From Lentisphaeria bacterium (GTDB lineage Bacteria > Verrucomicrobiota > Lentisphaeria > JABSQK01 > JAWLHB01), in contig JAWLHB010000042.1 of NCBI GenBank assembly GCA_041690595.1, positions 1 to 64,000 of the forward strand: a DNA stretch of 64,000 bases, written 5' to 3'. Each line of letters begins with the position of its first letter. Within the stretch, counting starts at the first letter, position 1. This document shows positions 50,658-61,462 of the stretch, one piece after another. The translations under genes were made by a program, and so were the position numbers. The notes under the pieces are model-generated. The model did not search any database, was not told the origin of the DNA, and saw only the letters and a list, made by a program, of their open reading frames with translations.

Positions 50658-51639
50658 TCCAGTGCCGGCGGCGCGTCCGCGGCCGGATGATGGGGCCTCC
50701 CTGTCGCCGCGGGGACTGCTGGACGCTGCCGCGATCCTGATGCTCGCGGCGGCAATCCTGGGCTTTGCCGGCAGACTCTGGTGGGGGTGTGAGATTCTGG
50801 GGCATTTCCGGCCGCAGTACCTGCTCGGTTTCACGATCCTGGGTGGAATCTACTGCCTTCTGCGTCGCTGGCGGTGGGCGATCCTTTGTGGAGCGATGAT
50901 CATCGTCAACGCCGGCCTCATCGTGCCGCTCTACCTTGGTGGCGAGAGCGCTCCCGAGGGTGTTGTCGTCTATCGTGTCATCCTTGCCAACGTCTATTCG
51001 GGCAACCGGGAGCCGCGGGAGGTGATTGACTTTCTTCGCGCCGAGGATCCGGATATCATCGTACTGGAAGAGGTAACCTCGGCATGGATGCAGCGCCTTT
51101 CGGTGCTGGGGGAGGCTTATCCAGTCAGCATTGCCAAGCCGGCGGAGGGCAACTTCGGCATTCTCCTATTGTCGCGACTACCGCTGGTCGACGGTCGGAT
51201 CGAGGAAATTGGGATGGCTCGGCTGCCTTCCGTAGTGGCGCAAGTGCAGACAGGAGAGGGCGTCTTGAACGTGATCGGGACGCACCCACTTCCGCCGATC
51301 GGCTCGCGGTACACGCAGATGCGCAATGAGCAGATCAAGCAGATCGCCAGGCGGGCGACGGAGCCGCGGGGGCCGATTCTGCTTGTCGGCGATCTGAACA
51401 CCACCTCATGGAGCGGTGTCTTCAGGGGGCTGGTGCGCGAGAGCGGTCTGCGTGACTCGCGCCGCGGTTTCGGCGTGCAACCCACCTGGCCTTCCGGCAA
51501 CCTCCTCCTCCAGACCCCTCTCGACCATATCCTCGTCAGTCCCGAAATCGTCGTCCACGACCGTCGCGTCGGTCCGCACATCGGCTCCGATCACCTGCCG
51601 GTCATTCTGGACTTTTCGATCTCACCCGCGGGAGAGTGA
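50629..51639 (+). CDS. Endonuclease/exonuclease/phosphatase family membrane protein
   Basis: N-terminal TMs, DIIVLEE, GDLN, LDHILV, GSDHLPV; start uncertain. Confidence 0.88.
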   Translation: MSGRTLNATDPVPAARPRPDDGASLSPRGLLDAAAILMLAAAILGFAGRLWWGCEILGHFRPQYLLGFTILGGIYCLLRRWRWAILCGAMIIVNAGLIVPLYLGGESAPEGVVVYRVILANVYSGNREPREVIDFLRAEDPDIIVLEEVTSAWMQRLSVLGEAYPVSIAKPAEGNFGILLLSRLPLVDGRIEEIGMARLPSVVAQVQTGEGVLNVIGTHPLPPIGSRYTQMRNEQIKQIARRATEPRGPILLVGDLNTTSWSGVFRGLVRESGLRDSRRGFGVQPTWPSGNLLLQTPLDHILVSPEIVVHDRRVGPHIGSDHLPVILDFSISPAGE

Positions 51640-51799
51640 GCCTCGACCCACGTGCCGTGTCGAACGGTCAGGACGTCCCGAGCGAAAAGGGCGATACGAT
51701 GGCCAATTGTACCTGACTCTGACAGCGCTTCACTGGGGGTTATTGCGACGTACCTCACATCCAATAGGCCCCCGCCAGAGAAATATCTGAATCGTCAAC

Positions 51800-51828
51800 T
51801 TGACACCGACTGATTGCTGAGCTACCCT
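51800..51828 (+). promoter_or_regulatory. Possible promoter for the FkbM gene
   Basis: TTGACA, 17 bp, TACCCT. Confidence 0.4.
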
Positions 51829-51922
51829 GAACAGGCCTTTCCCCAGAGGATACTGACTGCACAGAATAGAGTTCGCTGTAAATGATAAGATTCTACCTTC
51901 TTCTGATAAAGAGCGAACACAT

Positions 51923-52768
51923 ATGAAAAGACTAATTAAGAAAGCAATCCCGAAGCGGCTGATGCCATTTGCCCAACGACTTCATCGCAGGTTATTTGAT
52001 GATGATACCCCCCAGGTTGATCTTTCAAAAGAGTTTGCGTCGTTGGATGGGATAGATGCATTGAAATGTAGAATTTCATACAACCAATATGGTGGCTATT
52101 GTCTTCCGCTATCTTCCCACCACCGCATTGCAGCGCAGAAAATTCTTTTAAATGATGTCTATGAGCAGAAAACTATTCAGTTCATTTGTAGCAAATGTAA
52201 TGATGGCGATATTGTTCACGCAGGAACATACTTTGGCGACTTTTTGCCCGCATTCTCAAAAGCAGTTGATAAACGCGCAAGAATATGGGCATTCGAACCC
52301 AATCAAGAGAACTATCGCTGCACAAGAATTACACTTGCTCTTAACGATATCTCCAACGTTGTTCTAACGAATGCAGGCCTCGGCGATAAGCAAGAAACGC
52401 TGCTGATTAGAACAAAGGATGATTATGGCCGCGCCCTTGGTGGCGCTAGTCAGATAATCGCCGATAAGTCACACGATTATGCGGGTACAGAGCCTGTTCA
52501 AATTGTCACTATAGATGACATAGTGGATTCAGATAGAAATGTTTCCATAATACAACTTGATGTTGAAGGTCATGAAAAGGAGGCATTAACAGGAGCATTG
52601 GAAACAATCCGAAGATGCCTTCCTATTATCATGGTTGAAGTCTTGGCGAACAGCACGCTTCTTGAAAGTGAATGGTTTGCCGAGAACATTTTGAGCTTCG
52701 GGTATAGAAAAACCAATGACATAGACGCCAATTCGGTTTTTACTTGTGAACCGGAAACTGGCCGTTAA
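51923..52768 (+). CDS. FkbM family methyltransferase (AT-rich, likely acquired)
   Basis: YEQKT, HAGTYFG, WAFEPN, TIDD, LDVEGHE. Confidence 0.9.
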   Translation: MKRLIKKAIPKRLMPFAQRLHRRLFDDDTPQVDLSKEFASLDGIDALKCRISYNQYGGYCLPLSSHHRIAAQKILLNDVYEQKTIQFICSKCNDGDIVHAGTYFGDFLPAFSKAVDKRARIWAFEPNQENYRCTRITLALNDISNVVLTNAGLGDKQETLLIRTKDDYGRALGGASQIIADKSHDYAGTEPVQIVTIDDIVDSDRNVSIIQLDVEGHEKEALTGALETIRRCLPIIMVEVLANSTLLESEWFAENILSFGYRKTNDIDANSVFTCEPETGR

Positions 52769-52812
52769 CAAGAGGCCAGGCAGATAGGGAAAATGATCCT
52801 CGGCCGTTCCCT

Positions 52813-52843
52813 TCCGCCCCCGCGCGGTGGACGCGGGGGCGGA
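52813..52843. terminator. GC-rich hairpin between convergent genes
   Basis: TCCGCCCCCGCG, 7-nt loop, CGCGGGGGCGGA; no clear U-tract. Confidence 0.6.
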
Positions 52844-52858
52844 TGGAAGCAGGAGAGG

Positions 52859-55333
52859 TCAGACGCCGCTGGCGGAACGGCGGAGCATTTCGCCGCAGGT
52901 CTGGGCCGTGCCGGACTGATGACCTTCGAGCGGCAGGATGCGCTCGTTGATGATGTCGAGGAACCACCCAGTCTGCGGGAAGAAGGCTTCTTCCATCTCC
53001 GCGGGAGGGGTGATCCAGTTGCGGGCGCCAAGCACAGCGATGGGCGCATCGAGGTAATCGAAGGCGAGCTGGCCGATGTTGCTGGCGATGTTGTGGAGGA
53101 AGGAGCCGCGGTCGCAGGCATCGCTGCTGAGCAGCAGGCGGCCCGTCTTCTTGACAGATTCGACGATCTTCTCGAGCTTGAGCGGGACGATGAAGCGGGC
53201 GTCGATCACTTCCGCGCTGACGCCGTGCTTCTGCTGGAGGATCTCGGCCGCTTCCATGGCACGATAGAGCGTCGCGCCGACGGTGACGATGGTGATGTCG
53301 TCGCCCTGTCGCCGGATGGCAGGTTCGCCTTCCTCGATCTCGTAGTAGCCTTCCGGCACGCCGCCCTCAACGAATTCCTCGCCGATGTCATAGACCCGCT
53401 GGCTTTCGAAGAAGATGACGGGATCCGTGCCGCGCAGCGCAAGGTTGAGCATGCCCTTGGCGTCGTACGGGGTGACGGGGAAGTAGGCCTTGAGGCCGGG
53501 GATGTGACTGACGATGCTGCTCCAGTCCTGCGAATGCTGAGCGCCGTACTTGCTGCCGACGGAGACGCGCAGGACAGCGGGCATCTTGAGGACGTTGGCG
53601 GACATGCTCTGCCACTTGGAGAGCTGATTGAAGACTTCGTCGCCGGAGCGGCCAAGGAAGTCGCAGTACATGAGTTCGGCGACGACCCGCCCGCCGCAAA
53701 GAGCATAGCCGACTGCCGCGCCGGCGATGGCCCCTTCGGAGATGGGCGAGTTGAAGAGGCGATGGTAGGGGAGCGCCTCGGTCAAGCCGCGGTAGACGGC
53801 GAAGGCGCCGCCCCAGTCGCGATTCTCCTCGCCGAATGCGACCATGGTGGGATCTTCGTAGTAGCGATGCAGCATGGCCTCGAAGAGGGCGTCGCGAAGG
53901 GCGATGACGCGGGCCTTGGGCAGCGCCTTTCCCTGCTCGTCAAAGGCGGAACGCGACTTGCGCTCGTTGGACTTGACGCGGGGATTCTCTTCCTTTGGCA
54001 GGAGCACTTCGGGCTCACGGTCATCGAGCTTGTCGGCGCGGCCGTTGGAGAACATCATGGCGCCGATGGCATCGCTGCGGGAGGCATCGAGGCGCGGAGA
54101 GATTTCCAGCGAACTGGCGAGTCGGTGGGCGCGGGTGACGTAGTCGACGATGCACTCCTGGGTTGCCTTGATGGTGGATTCATCCGTCCACTTGTTGGCG
54201 AGCATGTACTCGCTGAAGGACTTGATGCCGTCGGCTTCTTCCCAGAGGGCAATCTCTTCCTTGGTGCGATAGCTGGAGGCATCGGAGGGCGAGTGGCCGC
54301 TGATACGATAGGTGATGGTGTCGAGGAGGATCGGCCCCTTGCCGGCGAGGGCAAGCTTCTTCTTGCGATTGATGGCGTCAGCAACGGCGAGGGGATTGTA
54401 GCCATCGACGCGCTCGGCGTGCATCTGGTCGGGGTTGACTCCGGCACCGATGCGGGCGAGGGCACCGAAGCCCATGGTTTCGCCTTCGGGCTGACCACCC
54501 ATGCCGTAGAAGTTGTTGATGAACTGGAAGATGATGGGCGGGGCGCCGCCGACTTCCTTGTCCCACATGTGGGTGTACTGATCCATGGCGGCAAAGCAGA
54601 TGGCTTCCCAGACCGGACCGCAGGCGCTGGAGGCATCGCCGATATTGGCGAGGACCACGCCCGGCTTGCGATTGACGCGCTTGAAGAGGGCGGCGCCGAC
54701 CGCAATGTCGGCCGAGCCGCCGACGATGGCGTTGTTGGGCATGCTGCCGAAGGGGGCGAAGAAGGCGTGCATGGAGCCGCCCATGCCGCGGTTGAAGCCG
54801 GCATCGCGCCCGTAGATCTCGGCGAGGGTGCCATAGAGCACGAAGTCGATGGCGAGCTCCTTGATGGAGACGTTGTCGCCTTTGCGCGCCTTCTCGACGA
54901 TGCGCAGCTGAGCGCCATCCATGTAGCTCTCCATGACCTTCTGGACGGCCGCGTCATCGAGCTTTTCAATGGCCGAGAGGCATTTGGCGAGGATCTCGCC
55001 ATGGCTGCGGTGGGAGCCGAAGATGAAGTCGTTGACGTCGAGGTGCATGCAGGCGCCGACGGCGGTGGGTTCCTGCCCGATGGAGAGATGCGCCGGCCCC
55101 TTGTGGTCGTATTCGATGCCGTTGTAGGCTCCCTGCGTCTTGATGGTGTGGAGCATGGTCTCGAACTCACGAATGACCATCATGTCGTGCAGGGCCCGGA
55201 ACAACCCGTCCTTTCCGTAGCTCTTGAGTTCGGCTTTGGCGTCCGGCTTGTAGATGTTGACGGGGATGTCCTTGAACGAGATACTGCCGCTCTGGCGGAC
55301 TTTCTTCGGATCGACGACGACTGACTTAGGCAT
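52859..55333 (-). CDS. Fused E1alpha/E1beta TPP-dependent dehydrogenase (acetoin/2-oxoacid dehydrogenase family)
   Basis: HLSIGQE, HRSHG, GGSMH, IGDAS...NNFYGM, GHSPSD, GEEN, PISE, YGAQHSQ. Confidence 0.92.
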   Translation of the reverse strand: MPKSVVVDPKKVRQSGSISFKDIPVNIYKPDAKAELKSYGKDGLFRALHDMMVIREFETMLHTIKTQGAYNGIEYDHKGPAHLSIGQEPTAVGACMHLDVNDFIFGSHRSHGEILAKCLSAIEKLDDAAVQKVMESYMDGAQLRIVEKARKGDNVSIKELAIDFVLYGTLAEIYGRDAGFNRGMGGSMHAFFAPFGSMPNNAIVGGSADIAVGAALFKRVNRKPGVVLANIGDASSACGPVWEAICFAAMDQYTHMWDKEVGGAPPIIFQFINNFYGMGGQPEGETMGFGALARIGAGVNPDQMHAERVDGYNPLAVADAINRKKKLALAGKGPILLDTITYRISGHSPSDASSYRTKEEIALWEEADGIKSFSEYMLANKWTDESTIKATQECIVDYVTRAHRLASSLEISPRLDASRSDAIGAMMFSNGRADKLDDREPEVLLPKEENPRVKSNERKSRSAFDEQGKALPKARVIALRDALFEAMLHRYYEDPTMVAFGEENRDWGGAFAVYRGLTEALPYHRLFNSPISEGAIAGAAVGYALCGGRVVAELMYCDFLGRSGDEVFNQLSKWQSMSANVLKMPAVLRVSVGSKYGAQHSQDWSSIVSHIPGLKAYFPVTPYDAKGMLNLALRGTDPVIFFESQRVYDIGEEFVEGGVPEGYYEIEEGEPAIRRQGDDITIVTVGATLYRAMEAAEILQQKHGVSAEVIDARFIVPLKLEKIVESVKKTGRLLLSSDACDRGSFLHNIASNIGQLAFDYLDAPIAVLGARNWITPPAEMEEAFFPQTGWFLDIINERILPLEGHQSGTAQTCGEMLRRSASGV

Positions 55334-55387
55334 GACGAGATGACTCCTTTGGATGAAGAACGGAAAGAGATTGAATGAAGAAAGCGA

Positions 55388-56728
55388 TCAGTGCATTTCC
55401 CAGATGGCGTCGCGCACGACTTCGCCAATGGTGGGGTGGGGGAAGACGATGTCGCGGATATCGCGCACGCGCAGTTCGGCCTCGATCATGGCGGCGGCGC
55501 CATAGACGATCTCGGAGCAGACGGAGCCGATCATGTGCACGCCGAGGAGCACTTGCGTTTCGGCATCGACGAGGACCTTGCAGAAGCCGGGAGCGCGGCT
55601 GTCGTTCTCAGCGAGAAAACGGCCGTTGACCTTCATGGGCAACTTGCTGACGGTGACCTTGCGGCCGGCCTGCAGTGCCTGCCCTTCGGTCATGCCGACT
55701 CCGGCCACTTCGGGATGCGTATAGACGACCCACGGAATGGCATGGTAGCGCATGCGGTCGGCCTGGCCGAACATGACCTTGACGGCGACTTCGCCCATGC
55801 GCGAGGCGGTGTGGGCGAGTTGCATCATGCCGGTGACGTCACCGACGGCATAGATCCCCGGGATATTGGTGCGCATCTGCTCGTCGATGGTGATGCCGCG
55901 GCGGCTGGTGGCGATGCCCAGATTCTCCAGGCCGATCCCCTTTACGTTGGGATAGCGCCCGACGCTCATGAGGACCATGTCGGCATCGATCGCCTGCGCC
56001 TTGCCATCCTTCTCGACGTGGACCTGCTTGTCGTCGATACGGACTACTTTGGCGCCGAGCTCGAACGTGACGGAGGCGAGGGACTTCCGCAGGGTCTGGG
56101 CGATATCCTCGTCGAAGTTGGGGATGATCTCGGGAAGCATCTCGATGACGGTGACGTCGATGCCGAGATCGCTGGCGAAGCTGGCGAACTCCATGCCGAT
56201 GACCCCACCGCCGATGACGGCCAGGCGGCGGGGGAGGCTCTCGATCTGGAGCATTTCGCGGCTGGTGAGGACGTGAGGCAGATCACTCCCCGGGATGGGG
56301 ATGCGGATGGCGGTCGAACCGGTCGCGATGAGGATGTTGGCGGCTTCGTAAACGGTCTCGCCAACGCGTACTTTACCGCGTTCGATCAGCTCGCCAGCGC
56401 CCTCGATGACGTCGATCTTGTAGCGCTTCATCTGGTAGGCGATACCACTGCGCAGAGACTTGATGATCTTCTCCTTGCGCTTCATGACCGTGGGCAGATC
56501 GAAGCGGACGCCCTCGCAGGTGACGCCGAATTCGGCGCCGTGCAGAGCCTGCGCATAGTGCTTGCTGGAGTTGAGCAGGGTCTTGGAGGGGATGCAGCCT
56601 TCGTTGAGGCAGACGCCGCCGAGGTGCGACTTCTCGATGATGGCGACTTTCTTGCCCATGGCGCCGGCACGCTCGGCAGCGACATAGCCGCCGGGTCCGG
56701 CTCCGAGGACGATAAGATCGTATGACAT
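55388..56728 (-). CDS. lpdA: Dihydrolipoyl dehydrogenase (E3)
   Basis: GAGPGGY, GGVCLNEGCIPSK, GGGVIG, HPTIGE. Confidence 0.96.
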   Translation of the reverse strand: MSYDLIVLGAGPGGYVAAERAGAMGKKVAIIEKSHLGGVCLNEGCIPSKTLLNSSKHYAQALHGAEFGVTCEGVRFDLPTVMKRKEKIIKSLRSGIAYQMKRYKIDVIEGAGELIERGKVRVGETVYEAANILIATGSTAIRIPIPGSDLPHVLTSREMLQIESLPRRLAVIGGGVIGMEFASFASDLGIDVTVIEMLPEIIPNFDEDIAQTLRKSLASVTFELGAKVVRIDDKQVHVEKDGKAQAIDADMVLMSVGRYPNVKGIGLENLGIATSRRGITIDEQMRTNIPGIYAVGDVTGMMQLAHTASRMGEVAVKVMFGQADRMRYHAIPWVVYTHPEVAGVGMTEGQALQAGRKVTVSKLPMKVNGRFLAENDSRAPGFCKVLVDAETQVLLGVHMIGSVCSEIVYGAAAMIEAELRVRDIRDIVFPHPTIGEVVRDAIWEMH

Positions 56729-56767
56729 GGGGGTGTATCCTTGTGACGTTCGGATTGAGATCGCGGT

Positions 56768-58129
56768 TCAGCCGGCGAGGAGCAGGTCGATGTTGGCAAG
56801 TGCCTCAGCGACGCGCTGGAGGAAGCGGGCGGCGGGAGCGCCATCCACAACCTGGTGATCGATGGTGATGGAGAGGCCCATGAACTGCCGGTGGACGATC
56901 TCGCTGCCTTGCTGGACAGGCTTCAGTTGGGTGCTGCCGATGCCGAGAATGCCGACCTGGGGCGGGTTGAGCACGGGGGTGAAGCTCTCGATACCGAGGT
57001 TGCCGAGGTTGCTGATGGTGAAGGTGCCGCCGCTGAGTTCATCGGGCGTGATTCCACCTTCGGTGCAGGCGCGGGCCACCCGCTTGGCTTCGGCGGAGAG
57101 CTGCTTCAGCGTGAGTTTGTCCGCGTGGCGGATGACGGGGACCATGAGTCCGCGGGGCGTGTCCACGGCAAAGGCGAGGTGGACGCTCTTGTACTGATGG
57201 AGGGCGTTGTCTTGGTAGAGCGCGTTCATTTCAGGAGAATCCTTGAGGACGCGGGCGACCGCAAAGAGGATCAGATCGTTCACGGTGACCTTCTGCAGGG
57301 CGAACGATTCGGGGCTGTTCTTGAGCTTCTTTCGCAGGGCGAGGAGGCTGGTGGCGTCAGCGGAGCTGTTCATGGTGAGCTGCGCCGTCTTCTGCAGGGA
57401 CGCGTGCATGCGCTCGGCGATGAGCTTCCGTATGCCCTTGATCGGCACCTTGACGATCTCGTCTTCCTGAGAAGCGGCGGCGGGGGCCGCGGGCTGGACC
57501 GGAGCCGCGCTTTTCATGTCAGCGGCCGTGACGCGGCCGCCAATGCCGGAACCGGCGGCGGGTGCGACCTTGCCCGCGGCGGCAAGCTCTCTTGCGGCGG
57601 GGGTGAGGGGCTGTCCGGAAGCCAGGGCCTGCTGGACATCACGCTCGATGACGCGTCCCTGCGGGCCGGTGCCGGTGAGGCCGGTCAGGGCAATGCCCTT
57701 CTCCGCGGCGAGTTTCCGGGCGCGGGGCGATACCCGTTCGGGTTTCTGGCCGGCGGGGGCGGCCTGGGGCTCGGGAATGAGGTCAGCGGCAGCGACGGGT
57801 GCCGGCGCGGCTTCGGCCACTGTTTCCACTTCTGGAGCGGCGGCTGCTGGAGCGGCGGCTTCACCGGGACGGAACTCGTCAGTCGCTTCGCCCGGATTGC
57901 CGATGACCGCCATGTTGACGAGAACGGGCACGTCGTCGCCTTCTTCGAAGAAGCGGGCAATAAGGGTGCCGGCGGCAGGAGCTTCGACTTCGAAGGTCGC
58001 CTTGTCGGTTTCGACTTCGCAGAGGATGTCGCCTTCCGCGACGGAGTCACCGATCGCCTTTTTCCAGGTGAGGATGAGGCAGGTTTCGACGCTTTGACCT
58101 TGCTTTGGCATCAATACGGGTGTGGCCAT
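56768..58129 (-). CDS. Dihydrolipoamide acyltransferase (E2)
   Basis: Lipoyl ETDKA, E3-binding SPRARKLA/GTGPQGR, catalytic DHQVVDGA. Confidence 0.95.
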   Translation of the reverse strand: MATPVLMPKQGQSVETCLILTWKKAIGDSVAEGDILCEVETDKATFEVEAPAAGTLIARFFEEGDDVPVLVNMAVIGNPGEATDEFRPGEAAAPAAAAPEVETVAEAAPAPVAAADLIPEPQAAPAGQKPERVSPRARKLAAEKGIALTGLTGTGPQGRVIERDVQQALASGQPLTPAARELAAAGKVAPAAGSGIGGRVTAADMKSAAPVQPAAPAAASQEDEIVKVPIKGIRKLIAERMHASLQKTAQLTMNSSADATSLLALRKKLKNSPESFALQKVTVNDLILFAVARVLKDSPEMNALYQDNALHQYKSVHLAFAVDTPRGLMVPVIRHADKLTLKQLSAEAKRVARACTEGGITPDELSGGTFTISNLGNLGIESFTPVLNPPQVGILGIGSTQLKPVQQGSEIVHRQFMGLSITIDHQVVDGAPAARFLQRVAEALANIDLLLAG

Positions 58130-58134
58130 GATGA

Positions 58135-58938
58135 TCAGTCCTTTGTTTCGCTGGTCGATGGATTGGAAGGAGGGGCGCCGGCGAGCATGAGGCGAATGCC
58201 CAGTTGCTCGATACCGGCGATGAAATCGGGAGAGGCGTTATCGGTGATGAGGGTGCTGATGTCGTTGATGGTGCCACTGCGGGCAAAGGATGAGGTGCCG
58301 AGCTTACTGCTGTCAGCCAGGAGGAGAACCTGGCCGGCGCGGCTCATGATCAGGGACTTGGTGTGCGCCTCGTTGGGGTCGGTAGTGGTCATGCCCTCGG
58401 CGAGGGTAAAGCCGATGGTGCCCATGAAGGCCTTGTCGACATGTACGGCATTGATCAATTGCGCGGTGAGGGGGCCGACGAGGGTGCGGCTGAGTTTGCG
58501 AAACTCTCCCCCGACCAGGATCAGGCGATGCTCGGTATCAAGGAGGCTGGAGGCTGCCATCAGGGAATTGGTGACGATGACCAGGTTGTGGCGGCGATCG
58601 AGGAGACGCGCCAGCTGGAGGATGGTGCTGCCACCGTCGAGATAGATGGTGTCGCCGTCGTCGATGAGGCTCAAGGCCGCGTGGGCGATGGCTTGCTTGG
58701 CGGCAGTGTTGCGCTCTTCCTTGTCATGGAAGAGCGGTTCGCGGCGCGCAATGCCGGCCAGGGTGGCGCCTCCGTGGACGCGGCTGAGGAGGCCCCGATC
58801 CTCCATGGCCGTCAGATCGCGGCGAATGGTCGCTTCCGAGACATCGAGGATCGTGGCCAGGTCGGCGACCTGGACGATTTCCTGGCCTCGCAGAGCGTCG
58901 AGGATCTGCTGTTCACGGGAGATGGTGCGCGTAATCAT
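58135..58938 (-). CDS. DeoR/GlpR family transcriptional regulator
   Basis: VSEATIRRDL, RVHGGA, LDGGST, VTNS, ADSSK; start 58938 or 58953. Confidence 0.95.
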   Translation of the reverse strand: MITRTISREQQILDALRGQEIVQVADLATILDVSEATIRRDLTAMEDRGLLSRVHGGATLAGIARREPLFHDKEERNTAAKQAIAHAALSLIDDGDTIYLDGGSTILQLARLLDRRHNLVIVTNSLMAASSLLDTEHRLILVGGEFRKLSRTLVGPLTAQLINAVHVDKAFMGTIGFTLAEGMTTTDPNEAHTKSLIMSRAGQVLLLADSSKLGTSSFARSGTINDISTLITDNASPDFIAGIEQLGIRLMLAGAPPSNPSTSETKD

Positions 58939-59050
58939 CTGATCACTATGCATGATCGGATGAGCAGATGCAAGCGCAAATGAAGATTTATTCTGCTCGT
59001 TTATGATCGATGCGAGCGCGAAGCTCGATCACTGATCGCTCTTCCCCCAA

Positions 59051-60172
59051 TCAGTCCTGGCAACCTTGGTTTCGGTAGATGAAAAGGCCGTCCTTGCCCG
59101 GGGCGATGAGGTCGAGGCGGCCGTCGCCATCGAGATCGGCAACGGCGAAGTGGATGCCGCAGCCGTTGCCGCCGGCGCCAATCGCGCCGTAGTCGATGAC
59201 CTGTTTGGCGAAGCCTTCGCCGGTCCACTTGAAGTAGTAGATGCCCAAGTCGTCCCACTCGCCGGCATCGTTGCCGCAGTGTGCGCGGTGGCGTTTGCCG
59301 GTGACCATTTCCGGCTGCCCATCGCCATCGATATCCAGCCACATCAGGTCATGGTATTGGGCGTTGTACGGATCGATTGGATGGTGGCGCCAGACCCTCT
59401 TGCCACCGACGATGCTCTGCTCGCTCCACCACAGGCCATAGCCGTGCGCGTTGCCGGTGATAAGCTCGTTGACGCCGTCGTTGTTGAGATCCACCACCAG
59501 CATGGGCACGCTGGCGGACCATCCCCAGGGCGGCTCGGGGAAGTCGTCATGCCATTGCCAGACGCCCTTCTCCGGATCGGCCGGCGCTTCGAGCCAGCCT
59601 TTGCACAGCACGATGTCCATGCGCCCGTTGCCCGCGATGTCGCCGCAGCCGAGTCCGTGTCCCTGCCCTTTGTCGGCGAAGGTGTGAATCACCACCTTCC
59701 TGAACACTCCCGTTCCCCGGCCATCGGCATCCGTTACCAGTTTGTAGTAGGCGACCTCCGGGTTCGGCGGGGTATTCGGCATGATTTCGACGACGCCATC
59801 GCCGTCGATGTCCCAGGCGCGCGTGGTTTCGACGCTGCCGGTGTGGGCGATGATGTGCTCGGGCCAGGGTTTGGTCGGATCGTCCGGACATTCCCGCCAG
59901 CGCAGGTTTTCGCCGAAGTAGCCGCCGGTGATGAAATCCAGGCGGCCATTGCCGTTGATGTCCAACGCAATGGTCGAGAAATCGTCGAAATACTCGCCTG
60001 CAGCCCGTACGGCGCCGATAAAATGCTTTCGGCGGAAATCCGGGCCCTGGTACCAGAAAGCGCCCGAGACGATGTCGGGAACGCCGTCGCCGTTGACGTC
60101 CCAGACCCCGGCCGACTCGTAGGTTTCATCGCTGATCCACTGCTTTTTCCACTGCAAAGGCATGACTGTCAT
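59051..60172 (-). CDS. FG-GAP/VCBS repeat protein
   Basis: Repeated DxNGDG motifs (DVNGDG, DINGNG, DIDGDG, DLNNDG, DLDGDG); no signal peptide. Confidence 0.88.
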   Translation of the reverse strand: MTVMPLQWKKQWISDETYESAGVWDVNGDGVPDIVSGAFWYQGPDFRRKHFIGAVRAAGEYFDDFSTIALDINGNGRLDFITGGYFGENLRWRECPDDPTKPWPEHIIAHTGSVETTRAWDIDGDGVVEIMPNTPPNPEVAYYKLVTDADGRGTGVFRKVVIHTFADKGQGHGLGCGDIAGNGRMDIVLCKGWLEAPADPEKGVWQWHDDFPEPPWGWSASVPMLVVDLNNDGVNELITGNAHGYGLWWSEQSIVGGKRVWRHHPIDPYNAQYHDLMWLDIDGDGQPEMVTGKRHRAHCGNDAGEWDDLGIYYFKWTGEGFAKQVIDYGAIGAGGNGCGIHFAVADLDGDGRLDLIAPGKDGLFIYRNQGCQD

Positions 60173-60208
60173 CCTTGTTTGTCGATGGCGTTACGAAGTT
60201 TCGCGCAC

Positions 60209-61273
60209 TCAGACCCCGTGTGCTTGCTTGAGGAACTGACGGGCGACCCGCAGGTCTTCGAGCGCCTCCGCTGCTTCGCACGGCGGCTGCATCTCGCCCT
60301 TGATCGCACGGATGAAATGGATCGCCTGTTGGCGCATAGCGTGAATCCAGGGCATTTGCGGTTCGACAAACTCGGGCTGCGCGCCGTTACCTGGATCGCG
60401 GAAGAAGGTAACGCGCCCGGCGCGATTGCTGGCCACCGGCGCCGGAAGCTCGAGGCGAACCCACCCTTTGCGAAAGCAGACCAGCGCCGACTCCTGCCAG
60501 TCCACCGTCGTTTCGTACGGGGTCATTTCGATGGTACATGGGATGCCGCCAAGACTCTTGCCGACGAGCAGGACGCCGGTGGGATCGACATGGGTGACGA
60601 CGTAGTTCTCGCCCAATAGGTGCCGCATCAGGTTGACCTGGTGGATGTAGTAGTTCACGAAGCTGATGTAGGCCTGGTTGTCTTCCTTGCTCAAGCTGTC
60701 GTCAGCCGGATCCCAGTCCATACTCGGTGCCGACTCGTCAGTGCGGATGAAATCAGCGAATCCGCCGGCAATCCAGTCGCCGGCCGGCATGGTGATGCGG
60801 ATATACGTCATCTCGCCCAGCTCGCCGGACTCGCGTAACCGCTCGATCTCGGCCTTGGCGGCCATGGTTGCCGGATCGCTGCGCTTGTGGTAGCCGACCA
60901 TGTGGAAGCTCCCGCTGTTGCGCACGGCTTCGACGATTCTCTCGCCCACGGCGATGCTCCCCGCAATCGGTTTCTCCGTGAAGAGCGGAATGCCCGCCTC
61001 GAGCAGCTCGGGAACCAGAATGCCATGGCGGGTAAAGGGTTGCGACGCCACGATGCCGTCCAGTTCTTCATTGGCAAGCATTTCCGCCGCTGTGGCGTAA
61101 ACGCTGGGCACGAAATAGCGCTGCGCCACCTTCCGCGCCGCCTCCGGCTTGAGTTCCGCCAACGCCACCACCTCGCACAGGTCGCTCAGCGCCGAATAGT
61201 TCTTCAGATGGGCGCACTGTCCCATGGTGCCGACACCGACAAAGCCAATCCTGACCTTTCTCGACTCGTTCAT
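60209..61273 (-). CDS. Gfo/Idh/MocA family oxidoreductase
   Basis: IGFVGVGTMG, TEKPIA, VGYHKR. Confidence 0.9.
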   Translation of the reverse strand: MNESRKVRIGFVGVGTMGQCAHLKNYSALSDLCEVVALAELKPEAARKVAQRYFVPSVYATAAEMLANEELDGIVASQPFTRHGILVPELLEAGIPLFTEKPIAGSIAVGERIVEAVRNSGSFHMVGYHKRSDPATMAAKAEIERLRESGELGEMTYIRITMPAGDWIAGGFADFIRTDESAPSMDWDPADDSLSKEDNQAYISFVNYYIHQVNLMRHLLGENYVVTHVDPTGVLLVGKSLGGIPCTIEMTPYETTVDWQESALVCFRKGWVRLELPAPVASNRAGRVTFFRDPGNGAQPEFVEPQMPWIHAMRQQAIHFIRAIKGEMQPPCEAAEALEDLRVARQFLKQAHGV

Positions 61274-61462
61274 GATTGCTCCATTCCGTTTCCCATGCTT
61301 GCCATTAATTGCTGCGGTCATCACGCGCTCTTCATAATCTATGGATTCACGTCTCGCTGGCAATAGTTGGCGATTGCTCTATGTTGTCCAGAATTGCGCA
61401 TCGCCTGTTTTGAGCGGCAGGAAGAGAGCCAGAAGCAGTTGGAGCAGGGAGGGCGTGGAAGC

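Noticed and set aside
52793..58645. Long + strand ORFs of 843, 444 and 596 aa
   Set aside because: Antisense shadows of the E1, lpdA and E2 genes.
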